Shown here piece by piece: positions 9,199 to 18,140 of a stretch of 60,585 nucleotides of DNA. The DNA is taken from the NCBI GenBank assembly GCA_000995065.1, contig LBWX01000002.1, forward strand, positions 1-60,585. Reading direction: 5' to 3'. The position numbers and the translations under genes were made by a program. Position 1 is the stretch's first letter. The number at the start of each line of letters is the position of its first letter. Source of the DNA: a candidate division CPR2 bacterium GW2011_GWC2_39_35. GTDB taxonomy: Bacteria; Patescibacteriota; CPR2. Below the pieces are notes generated by a model. The model had not been told where the DNA came from and searched no databases. It saw nothing but the letters and a program-made list of their open reading frames with translations.

Positions 9199-11751
9199 TT
9201 ACATAATCAAACTGGCGTCTGATTCTTCGGTGTCGCCTAAGAAAGTAGAAACGCCTCCAACTTCTACTCCATCTATAAATTCTTCTTTTTTAATACCCAT
9301 GATATCCATCGATGTGCTACAAGCAATCATCTTGACTCCCGCTTTTGTGGCCTCACTAATCATCTCTTCTAAGGTTCCAATATGTTTTTTGATCATTAAA
9401 TAACGGATGAGTTTGGTTCCGATGCCGCCCATGTTCATTTGCGACAAATGTAGATGTCTTGAGCCTCTTGGCATCATCAAGGCAAAAGCCTTAGAAATAA
9501 TATCTTTTTTTACCGGTACTGCTTCGGGACGCCTTATGACATTTAAGCCCCAAAAGGTAAAAAACATCGTTACTTTCCGGCCCATCGCCGCCGCCCCGTT
9601 AGCTATAATAAAAGAAGCGATAACTTTATCAATATCGTCGGAAAAAACTAAGATTGTTTTGGAATGGTTTTTCCCTGATTCGTCCTTGTGGTCGATATGA
9701 ATGGCGTGATCTGAATCGCCTTTTTGAATAAGAGCAGTAATAATATTGCTTTTCGAATTAAGAGATAAGAGCTTGTTTTCGGTTCGCTGACACCAAACCG
9801 GAACATCGCTTAAAAATGCTGGATCTGTTGCCCGTGCTTCTAAAACCTCTCCGGTTTTTAACTTCTTGACTCCTTCATTTACCCGCATTAAAGGGCCGGG
9901 ACACATGAGACCGCAAGCATTTACCTTTAGACTAACCTTAGTATGAATTGTTGGCATTTCTTTATCTATCCCCTCATCTTTATCTATCTCTTCATCTATT
10001 GTAACATCCGAAACCTCCATTGGGATACTGTTCGGAATGCCTCTTTCTTCCATTTCCAAGACGCTTTCTGTCTTTACCTGCTGGAATGCGCTCTCTGACT
10101 CACTGTAAATTTGTTCGTAAGTTTTATAGCCGCCCACGAGGCTTTTTACCTTAAAACCATGTTGAAATAGAACCCTGGAGGCAAGATAAGCCCTTAGGCC
10201 AACGGCGCAATAAACATAGATCTCTTTATTTTTAGGTAGTTTAGATAGCTTACTTCTTAATTCATCAATCGGAATGTTTATTGACCCATCGATATGGCCG
10301 CCTTTATATTCAAGTCTGGTTCGAACATCTAATAACGTGGTCTTTTCTTTATTTCGTTTTTCAATTTCCTCGTGGGTGTATGTTTTAACTAAGCCATCTA
10401 AAATATTAGCCGCCATATATCCCAGCATATTAACCGGATCTTTGGCCGAAGAAAATGGGGGAGCGTAGCACAAGTCAATTTTTTGTAAATCTCGAACCGT
10501 CATGCCGGCTCGCATAGCCGTGGCTATAACATCGATCCGCTTATCAACGCCGTCATACCCCGCCCCCTCGGCGCCTAGAATCTCACCCTTAGGAGAAAAA
10601 AGAAGTTTCAGCGTGATCGGAAAAGCGCCGGGATAATAGCCGGCATGAGAGATAGTATGAAGAATTGTCAATTTATAGGGTATATTAAACTTTTTTAGCA
10701 AGCGTTCGTTAAGTCCGGTTGAGGCGATGGTCATATCAAAGACTTTCAAAATTCCGGTCCCCTCGGACCCCAAAAACTTTTCCTTCTTACCTAGGATATT
10801 TCCAGCCGCGATCCGACCCTGTTTATTTGCCGGACCCGCAAGCGCAATGACCGCATACTCGCCAGAAACAAAATCCTTAACCTCGATCGCATCTCCAATG
10901 GCATAAATATTCGGGTCCGAAGTTTGCAGATATTCATTAACTGAGATCCCTCCGGTACCCCCCAATTTAAGTCCAGCCTCAAAAGCAAGAGAAGTTTCCG
11001 GCCGAACCCCGATTCCTAAAATAATAACATCGGCTTTAACACAAACATTGTCCTTGGAAATCACGGTCGATGTGCTTTCTTCATGCTCAATTTTTACAAC
11101 TTCCGTTTGAAGATAAAGCTTAATCCCTTTTGACCTAAGGTAATTATGGACAATGGATGCCATATCAAGATCGAGAGTAGCAACAACATGATCCGAAAGC
11201 TCGAAGATGGAAACCTCGAGACCTATGCCATAAAGATTCTCAGCCATCTCTAGGCCAATCGGCCCGCCCCCGAGGATGGCTACCCTTTTTGGTTTTTTGT
11301 CGCCGACATACTTCTTAATCTTCTCGGCATCCGGAATCGTTCTTAAGGTAAAAACCCTAAAATGATCAATGCCTGCCATTTGTGGTTTAAAGGGGCTTGC
11401 CCCCGGAGCCAAGATTAGCTTATCGTAACTTTCTTTATATTTATGACCTGTTTTTAGGTCAGTCGCCAGAATCTGCTTTATTTTGGGATATATCTTTAGT
11501 ACTTCGGTAGATATCCGAACATCAATATTAAATCTTTTTTTAATTCCTTCCGGAGTCTGCACCAAAAGCCGATCCCGCTCGACAATCTTCTCGCCTACAA
11601 AATAAGGAAGCCCACAATTTGCAAAAGAAACATACTTGCCCCGCTCCAATAAAATAATTTCAGCGTTCTCATCCAAACGCCTGGCTCTTGCCGCTGCTGT
11701 TGCCCCACCGGCAACACCACCTACAATTATGATCTTTTGCTTCTTTAACAA
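9199..11751 (-). CDS. CoA-disulfide reductase / NADH-dependent persulfide reductase fused to rhodanese, TusA-like and DsrE-like domains
   Basis: GGVAGGATAAARA FAD site and SFANCGLPY redox Cys. Rhodanese loop YVYCAVGLRAY. TusA-type CGLMCPGPLMRV. C-terminal DsrE/F-like module. Confidence 0.75.
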   Translation of the reverse strand: MLKKQKIIIVGGVAGGATAAARARRLDENAEIILLERGKYVSFANCGLPYFVGEKIVERDRLLVQTPEGIKKRFNIDVRISTEVLKIYPKIKQILATDLKTGHKYKESYDKLILAPGASPFKPQMAGIDHFRVFTLRTIPDAEKIKKYVGDKKPKRVAILGGGPIGLEMAENLYGIGLEVSIFELSDHVVATLDLDMASIVHNYLRSKGIKLYLQTEVVKIEHEESTSTVISKDNVCVKADVIILGIGVRPETSLAFEAGLKLGGTGGISVNEYLQTSDPNIYAIGDAIEVKDFVSGEYAVIALAGPANKQGRIAAGNILGKKEKFLGSEGTGILKVFDMTIASTGLNERLLKKFNIPYKLTILHTISHAGYYPGAFPITLKLLFSPKGEILGAEGAGYDGVDKRIDVIATAMRAGMTVRDLQKIDLCYAPPFSSAKDPVNMLGYMAANILDGLVKTYTHEEIEKRNKEKTTLLDVRTRLEYKGGHIDGSINIPIDELRSKLSKLPKNKEIYVYCAVGLRAYLASRVLFQHGFKVKSLVGGYKTYEQIYSESESAFQQVKTESVLEMEERGIPNSIPMEVSDVTIDEEIDKDEGIDKEMPTIHTKVSLKVNACGLMCPGPLMRVNEGVKKLKTGEVLEARATDPAFLSDVPVWCQRTENKLLSLNSKSNIITALIQKGDSDHAIHIDHKDESGKNHSKTILVFSDDIDKVIASFIIANGAAAMGRKVTMFFTFWGLNVIRRPEAVPVKKDIISKAFALMMPRGSRHLHLSQMNMGGIGTKLIRYLMIKKHIGTLEEMISEATKAGVKMIACSTSMDIMGIKKEEFIDGVEVGGVSTFLGDTEESDASLIM

Positions 11752-11870
11752 ATTAACCCCTATAGCCTTAAATTAAATCCCGACATAAAAATATTTCACT
11801 AAATTTCTAATTCCTAATTGCTCTAATTTTTAATTAAATCTCAACCAATAAATGCCTAATGCCATATAAC

Positions 11871-12002
11871 ACGACTTATGCACCTAAATAGTATTGTTCG
11901 ACTCCTCATAGAGGGTGGAAAACTTTCATTATAAATTAAGGTGCTTTTCCACAAGGTCTAAGAATATTAATGTATGTTTAATGTGTTAAGTGCGTAAGTC
12001 GT
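11871..12002. mobile_element. Nested hairpin element. The outer 13-bp stem has a G.U-compatible mismatch. The inner part is a solo copy of the TTCGAC...GTCGAAGAATA family.
   Basis: ACGACTTATGCAC (11871-11883) pairs with GTGCGTAAGTCGT (11990-12002). The inner sequence TTCGACTCCTCATAGAGGGTGGAAAAC...GCTTTTCCACAAGGTCTAAGAATA aligns arm-for-arm with 53450-53797. Confidence 0.6.
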
Positions 12003-12065
12003 GATAAGTATTTATTTTTGTTAATTAGTTATTGGGACTTCTTTAGTTTAATTAGTAATTAGATA

Positions 12066-13859
12066 TTAGAGATTTGAGAATACATACCGTTTTCCAGCAC
12101 TACTTTTCACCTGTTCTCTTTTAAACCCCTGCTTTCTTATATCCATATTCCAAACCAAGTAAATATAGGTGGAGGCTGAAAAGGCTTGGGTGCCGCAACC
12201 CCAGGAGTCTAAAGATTTAGCCGAGCTTATCTCGCCTGGCCGACCCACAAAATTATGCCACAAAATTTCATCCGTCGAGGCTTCGAGGATCTTTTTTATA
12301 ACTTTATGATATTTAAGCTTATTGGTGTTGTAAAGAACCAAGGCCGCAATATTGTTTACAAAAAACCAACTATCACCGTTATGATAACTCATGTTATCCT
12401 CACCGGTTGAAACTTCCGAATACTCGAGACATTTTTTATCTATTGATGAAAGACCGCCCCAATTTAACCATATATGAGGCAAAATCCTATCAAAAACTTT
12501 CTCCCATTCTTTTTTGGTTAGTATCTCCGGCGCAAAAAAAGCTGCTAGAAAAACGTTTGGCCTGATCGCCGGATCTTCTAGCCGGTCTGCAGAACAGTGT
12601 TTGGAATATAGGTAATACATCCTGATATTTTTTAAAACTTTTGCTCTTTTCTCGTCGTATCTTATGTCACCGGTAAGAGCATAGGTCAGTTCCAAGATCT
12701 TAGCATATAGCGCCTGGATCTCGATTAAATAACCTTCTCTATCAATACTATCCATCCAAGATTCATTAGTGTCAGAATAAACAAAGCCTAAATAGTCATT
12801 TTCTTCCAATAAACCAACAGCCTTGATTAACTTATCGGCCAGAGTGATTTTCTCATCAATTGATAATTTAATTCCCGTATTCAAGATCGCCCAGCATAAA
12901 GTTCCCAAAGCATCGGACGATAAGGCACTTCCTCCCAAGATAACGGGAATCTTACCGCTCGGCCAGGCAGCCTTCAAGTATTTTTTAATAATTGCCTTAG
13001 CCTTTTTGGGTTCTAAGGCCGGAATTGATAAAAGCTCATCTCGACTCCAAGTCTTGTTAAACCAAGGAAGCCCCGCCATCAAGCCATTACCTATAAATAA
13101 ATCCTCCAAAGCTTTATGAGAGTAGAAGGTAGCCGCTTTTACGGCATTTTTGTGAGCCGGTTTGACCGAAACGTTTTTGCCCTCTTTTAAAAGACTGATT
13201 TTTTTCTCATCGAATGAATTTTGAGCTCTTTTATTGGCTTCTTTTTCTGTCGCGCCAAAAGCCATCACCAGTTTGCTAGATTCAAAGCTGCCAACCTCAA
13301 ATTCGTATAAGCTCACTGGTGCCGAGTGCCTTTTTTCATCTCTTGAATAGCGGGTTTCTTGCCAGCTTTTGGTTTCGTTTATAGGGCCATCTGTAAGAAG
13401 CGCTACAAAATATTGTTCGTTCTTTCCTTCGTCTAGGTAACCCACCATAATCCCGTTTTCTATCCTCCAAGTAGAATAATTTCGCCCCCATTGCGGCTCG
13501 TCAAAAATATGTCTTATATCTAATCTGACCGTAAAATTCTTAGTTTGAGAAAGCTCATAAATAAGAACGGGTTCGTCTTTTAATAAAAAATAGCTTTCTT
13601 TAAAATCCTTGTACTTTCGTCCCACTAGCGAAAACAGAGGTTCTAAAATAATTTCTGTTGGGGTCTCTCCTGAAACTTCGATATTAGCCAGCACCTTTAA
13701 GTGATCATCTTTATGCTTTACGAACCAGCCTTCGTAACGACTGCAGGTCTCCCCATAAAAGTTGACAAAATCTTGACGGTCGTTTCCAAGCAAAAAGGCT
13801 TGGGGAACATCAATTTGTTTAGTAATTGCGGGGTTAGTTAACTTGTGGGTTACTTTCAT
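12066..13859 (-). CDS. Amylo-alpha-1,6-glucosidase / glycogen debranching enzyme (GDE_C type)
   Basis: SWMDSIDREGYLIEIQALYAKIL and YHNGDSWFFVNN motifs typical of the archaeal-type GDE C-terminal domain. ATGA overlap with the upstream gene. Confidence 0.7.
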   Translation of the reverse strand: MKVTHKLTNPAITKQIDVPQAFLLGNDRQDFVNFYGETCSRYEGWFVKHKDDHLKVLANIEVSGETPTEIILEPLFSLVGRKYKDFKESYFLLKDEPVLIYELSQTKNFTVRLDIRHIFDEPQWGRNYSTWRIENGIMVGYLDEGKNEQYFVALLTDGPINETKSWQETRYSRDEKRHSAPVSLYEFEVGSFESSKLVMAFGATEKEANKRAQNSFDEKKISLLKEGKNVSVKPAHKNAVKAATFYSHKALEDLFIGNGLMAGLPWFNKTWSRDELLSIPALEPKKAKAIIKKYLKAAWPSGKIPVILGGSALSSDALGTLCWAILNTGIKLSIDEKITLADKLIKAVGLLEENDYLGFVYSDTNESWMDSIDREGYLIEIQALYAKILELTYALTGDIRYDEKRAKVLKNIRMYYLYSKHCSADRLEDPAIRPNVFLAAFFAPEILTKKEWEKVFDRILPHIWLNWGGLSSIDKKCLEYSEVSTGEDNMSYHNGDSWFFVNNIAALVLYNTNKLKYHKVIKKILEASTDEILWHNFVGRPGEISSAKSLDSWGCGTQAFSASTYIYLVWNMDIRKQGFKREQVKSSAGKRYVFSNL

Positions 13860-14782
13860 ATTTCACCTCTGTAGATTTTAGCAGAATCTTCCGGGGTTGA
13901 CGCCACCACAGAGATTCCGGTCCCCAATTCAAAACCTGCCTTTATAGCATGGGATGATTGAGGGAAAATTTCTATATGAAAATGAAAACTCTTATCTTTA
14001 GGACCGATATTAAAAATCATATTGTAGTTATCGTTTGCTTTCTCCGCCACTGTTAAAGTATTTTTTAAAATCTCTGCGAGCGCCAACAGATCTTTATCAT
14101 CCATATCATCAAAATTTCGGAGATGTTTCTTGGAAACTATCCAAAGTTCGTGCATGTTTTGAGGTGCATAAGGCACAAATGAGACAAAATGGTTGTTTTC
14201 AAAGACCTTCCTCTTTGATTTTTCTTCTACTTCAACGATATGGCAATAAGCACAATCTCCTCCATAAGAATGGCTGATCTTCTCTTCGATTCTGGGAGGA
14301 ATTTTATTTAAAGAAATAATCTGAAAGTGATTGTGAATAATCGAAGCTCCGGCCAAGGGCCCGAAATTTTTAAATATTTCGATATAATCGCAATCCTTTA
14401 TCGTGCTTAAATGAGCCGCTCTGTCTCTAAAAACTTCTAAAAGCGTCTTTAGCTCTCTAATCTCTAACTCCGAAGTCCTTTTTGTGTGAATTGGGGTTTC
14501 TATTACAAGTTCATGATTACCTTTAACTTCTGCTTTCTTTAAGGATTTTTCATTGACATCCGAAACTCCTTCTAGAATAGAAAATCGATTCGGAAACACC
14601 CTTACCTGCCAGCTATTGCCATTAGAAACTCTGGTTATCTCTGGCGGAGTTAAGTGTTCATTTCCGGGACAAAAAGGACAATTTGCCGTATCTTTAATTT
14701 CCTGATCTGCAAACTCTTTTGGTCTCTCTCCCCTTGCGGGCGCGATAATTGTCCATAAATCTCTAAAATAATCTTTTCTCAT
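13856..14782 (-). CDS. galT: GalT-family (HIT superfamily) hexose-1-phosphate nucleotidyltransferase / NDP-glucose phosphorylase-like
   Basis: CPFCPGNE zinc motif, HNHFQIIS HxHxQ active site, second HFHIEIFP half. Confidence 0.65.
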   Translation of the reverse strand: MRKDYFRDLWTIIAPARGERPKEFADQEIKDTANCPFCPGNEHLTPPEITRVSNGNSWQVRVFPNRFSILEGVSDVNEKSLKKAEVKGNHELVIETPIHTKRTSELEIRELKTLLEVFRDRAAHLSTIKDCDYIEIFKNFGPLAGASIIHNHFQIISLNKIPPRIEEKISHSYGGDCAYCHIVEVEEKSKRKVFENNHFVSFVPYAPQNMHELWIVSKKHLRNFDDMDDKDLLALAEILKNTLTVAEKANDNYNMIFNIGPKDKSFHFHIEIFPQSSHAIKAGFELGTGISVVASTPEDSAKIYRGEI

Positions 14783-16575
14783 TTTTTAACCTTTGATCCC
14801 TTGATCTTTAATGCCATCTCATGTGCGTCAAAATATTTTCTGACCAGTATTTTCCAATCGAAGTTCCTGGCGGTCTGATTAGCATGAATCCTGGAAATCA
14901 TCCTCTCATCCTTATCAAACGTCAAAAATTTATGCATTAGAGATGCTAAATCCTTAACCTCTTTTTTATAATCAAACTTGCTTCTTTCTACCACATAAGT
15001 TCCGGGGAATTTCTTCTTACCCCCAAGAGCGTTGACCGCCAAACCAAAGCCGGACAAATCGGTTGTTATCGAGGGAACACTTAAAGCCCCAGCCTCGAGA
15101 GGAGTATAGCCCCATGGTTCATAAAAAGATGGGAACACTCCTAAATGAGAACCGGACATAAAATCGTAAAGATTCAGGTTTAAGAGCCCGTCGGCGCCGT
15201 TTAGGTAAACCGGAAAATAAACGACCTTAACCCGATCTTCCTCCCTATTAAATAAGCCCTGTTCTTTAAACCGGCCTAATATCTGATCCGAAGATTCATC
15301 CCCAATGTTGTGAGTAATAAGGAGGGGATCGCCCGTTCTCTTAAAGAGCTTGGTCTTGGTTGCCACCTTATTTCTGATTTCCTGCTTTAAGATGTTTTGA
15401 CCGGTAATATCAAACTCTCCAGTACAAGCTCTCACCAACCGTTTGTAAATATCATCGATTTCCGAATCAATACTTTGCTTTATGTTTAAATAAACTGATT
15501 TACTCTGAATTAATTCCGATTTTAGCGTATAGGATCCTGACGGTACCGCCACAAAAGCCACTACCGTTTTATCACTATGCTGATTTTTAAGCCGCCTATT
15601 AAGCTCTCCCAAGGCATCAATAAATGTATCAATACCCTTGGCGTGCATCTCGTAACGTCCAACTAAAAAGTAGATAAGAGCTTTATCCAAATTGAATTTA
15701 TAATGAGGGAAGAAGAAATACATCAGAAATTCTCTTATGATATTCTTAAACTCGGTATGTCTAAAGGTGGCTTTTTCCGTATCAGAGAAATGATTTATAT
15801 TTAAACCGTTCTCTAAGATAACTTCCGGTTTTCGGCCATAGAACGCCTTCGCCTCAGAAGCCGTAATATCGGAGACAGTGGTTAAAACGGTGGCGTTTAA
15901 GGCAATGGCTTTTTCTAAAAGAAATTTTGCATAAATCCCAAATTCATACGCCTTGCTCTCGGCATCGATTTCATTAAGGCTTTTATAAAAATCAACGCCC
16001 TTAGAAGCGAGAACCCGACCCATAAAAGTAGCGTGCGTGGTAAAAATGCTCGAGATCTTAACGTCCTGTTTTTTAAGATAAAGGATTGGGGCGCCGGCCA
16101 TCCACTCATGACATTGCAAAACTATTTCTTCTTTTGCTAACGGACCTTTCTTTAGAGCTTCGATCATCTTACCAACCGCAAAAGACCAGGCTACCGGCTC
16201 ATCAAATTCAAAATCAGAATTTAAAGAATCAACCTGATACCAATCCCAAAGTTTAGTTTTGGTCTGATTAATGTTGGCTGTCTCGCCCGTAAAATCCACT
16301 AAAATTACCTGGGGCTCGGCATCAATGAGCCAAGTGCCGTAAAACAACCTAATTCCTAGGTTTTCAAGTTCTTTGACGATACTTTTTAGAAAGTCAGGCA
16401 TTTCCTTTGCTTCAAAGACGATCTCAGAGGATTGACCCAAATATGGACCAACTAAAAAATATCCCTCCCCATATTGAGCTTTTATATACTCAGCTTTGGA
16501 TTCTAAAACAGTATGAATGCCGCCAACTTTATTGCAGACTTCCCACGAAACCTCAAAAACAAATGGTTTCTTCAT
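14779..16575 (-). CDS. GT3-family (eukaryote-type) glycogen synthase
   Basis: N-terminus FEVSWEVCNKVGGIHTV is the hallmark of GT3 glycogen synthases. SD GGAGGG upstream. Confidence 0.75.
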   Translation of the reverse strand: MKKPFVFEVSWEVCNKVGGIHTVLESKAEYIKAQYGEGYFLVGPYLGQSSEIVFEAKEMPDFLKSIVKELENLGIRLFYGTWLIDAEPQVILVDFTGETANINQTKTKLWDWYQVDSLNSDFEFDEPVAWSFAVGKMIEALKKGPLAKEEIVLQCHEWMAGAPILYLKKQDVKISSIFTTHATFMGRVLASKGVDFYKSLNEIDAESKAYEFGIYAKFLLEKAIALNATVLTTVSDITASEAKAFYGRKPEVILENGLNINHFSDTEKATFRHTEFKNIIREFLMYFFFPHYKFNLDKALIYFLVGRYEMHAKGIDTFIDALGELNRRLKNQHSDKTVVAFVAVPSGSYTLKSELIQSKSVYLNIKQSIDSEIDDIYKRLVRACTGEFDITGQNILKQEIRNKVATKTKLFKRTGDPLLITHNIGDESSDQILGRFKEQGLFNREEDRVKVVYFPVYLNGADGLLNLNLYDFMSGSHLGVFPSFYEPWGYTPLEAGALSVPSITTDLSGFGLAVNALGGKKKFPGTYVVERSKFDYKKEVKDLASLMHKFLTFDKDERMISRIHANQTARNFDWKILVRKYFDAHEMALKIKGSKVKK

Positions 16576-16659
16576 GTTCGCTTACCCTCCAAGCGATTTC
16601 TGGTAAAAATTTCTTATAACCGATATTTTACCAATCTATCGCTAGTTTTATTATACCCC

Positions 16660-16850
16660 ATAAATCAAATTTCTAAATCCTAATTTCTAATTTCTAAAAA
16701 GCCCAAATCCAAATTTCCTAACGTTTCAAACATTTGTCCCAATGGCATTTGGGCCAATGTTCTGCATTATCTAGTATTTGAAATTTGATGCTTAGGATTT
16801 TTTTCATTGGGATTTCATTAGATTAATTAGGTCAATTAGTAATTAGTCAT
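16660..16850. repeat. AT-rich long imperfect inverted repeat filling the GH57 / GT3 spacer
   Basis: Left arm AAATTTCTAAATCCTAATTTCTAATTTCT...; right arm ...ATTAGATTAATTAGGTCAATTAGTAATTAG. Inner pairs AAATCCTAA/TTAGGATTT, TTTCAAA/TTTGAAA, CCCAA-TGGCA-TTTGGG. Confidence 0.5.
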
Positions 16851-16853
16851 TGA

Positions 16854-18140
16854 CTACTCAACTCCTACTTTCTCCGGCTTCATCAATCCGTGTAGTACCT
16901 TCTCTAAACCGTCTTTCTGCTGTTCCACCTCATGGGCAAAATTTTCTTCCATTTCGGCCAACTTCTCCTCTACCCGATGCACAAAATCTACCAGAATATT
17001 TGTAAAATAAATATATGCATCATGAGGCCTGTCATAGGCGTTAAAATACTTGTGAACGTCACCATCCGAGAACCACTTGGTACACATATAATAGAAGTTA
17101 TCCGAAGTCTGAAGCCGGCGCCAATCTTCAATCATCTTTTTATCCCCGATCTTTTTTACCTTTTCCTCGAGATCATAAAGAGCTCTTATAGTGCCACTCT
17201 GCATATCGTTCCCCAGCCAAGCCGAGAGATCTCTCTCGGTATCCGCCCAAGAAACAGGATAAGGCATCGAAAGCTTGCCAACCGCCGGGTAACGATCAGC
17301 CTCTTCGCCCACAGTAATAAAGTCCATATCCGGATGCTTTAAGATTTCGTCCGGTACTTTATCCATAAAGTTAAAGATGCCGGTGTCTTCCCATTGATGC
17401 TCGCCAAAAGTCTCATAATCCATAAATAAGTTAATAACTTCGCCGCTGCCATTTACAGCATGCACCCACTGTGCAAATTTCTCTGCTGTAAGAGGCCACT
17501 CTTCCCAGCCTTTATTAGAAAACCGAAAGGCAACATCATCGGATAATTTATAGTTCTTTAAAAGTAGCTTGATTGGCTGATCGTTTGTCTCATAAACAAA
17601 ATTGGGACTTCTCCAGTGTAAGACCTTATCCCAACCCTCAGCTAAAACTGCTTTAAAACCAAGCTCGGAGATCAGGTTAGCCAAATGGTCAAAGTAAACT
17701 AGCTCCGTGTTTCTAAAAACTGTAGGGCGCTGACCAAAAAGTTCCTCGATGGTATCCATGTGCTTAGTTACCTGATCATAAAACTCCTGCTCAGAATACA
17801 AAGAGGTAAGGGAATGATAGTAAGTCTCACCCAAAAATTCCACACAGCCGGTTTTAGCTAAATTCTGAAAACTTTTTATAAGATCCGGCCGCCAGGCCTT
17901 AGCCTGGTCGATAAAAGTTCCGGTTATGCTATAGCTTATCTTAAACTTACCATCATGTCTTTTTATAAGATCTAAAAGAAGCCTATTGGTGGGCTCATAG
18001 CACTTAGAAGCCACTTTATCCAAGATAGTCTTATTATGTCGATCGTCAAAATAATCCTCGGATCTGCCAATATCTAAAACGCCGAATTTCTTAACCCTTA
18101 TTGGCTGATGAACGTGAAAATATAAACAAACACTAGGCAT
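16854..18140 (-). CDS. Glycoside hydrolase family 57 alpha-glucan enzyme (amylase or branching enzyme type)
   Basis: N-terminus CLYFHVHQPIRV plus internal FMDYETFGEH, both characteristic of GH57. Confidence 0.75.
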   Translation of the reverse strand: MPSVCLYFHVHQPIRVKKFGVLDIGRSEDYFDDRHNKTILDKVASKCYEPTNRLLLDLIKRHDGKFKISYSITGTFIDQAKAWRPDLIKSFQNLAKTGCVEFLGETYYHSLTSLYSEQEFYDQVTKHMDTIEELFGQRPTVFRNTELVYFDHLANLISELGFKAVLAEGWDKVLHWRSPNFVYETNDQPIKLLLKNYKLSDDVAFRFSNKGWEEWPLTAEKFAQWVHAVNGSGEVINLFMDYETFGEHQWEDTGIFNFMDKVPDEILKHPDMDFITVGEEADRYPAVGKLSMPYPVSWADTERDLSAWLGNDMQSGTIRALYDLEEKVKKIGDKKMIEDWRRLQTSDNFYYMCTKWFSDGDVHKYFNAYDRPHDAYIYFTNILVDFVHRVEEKLAEMEENFAHEVEQQKDGLEKVLHGLMKPEKVGVE

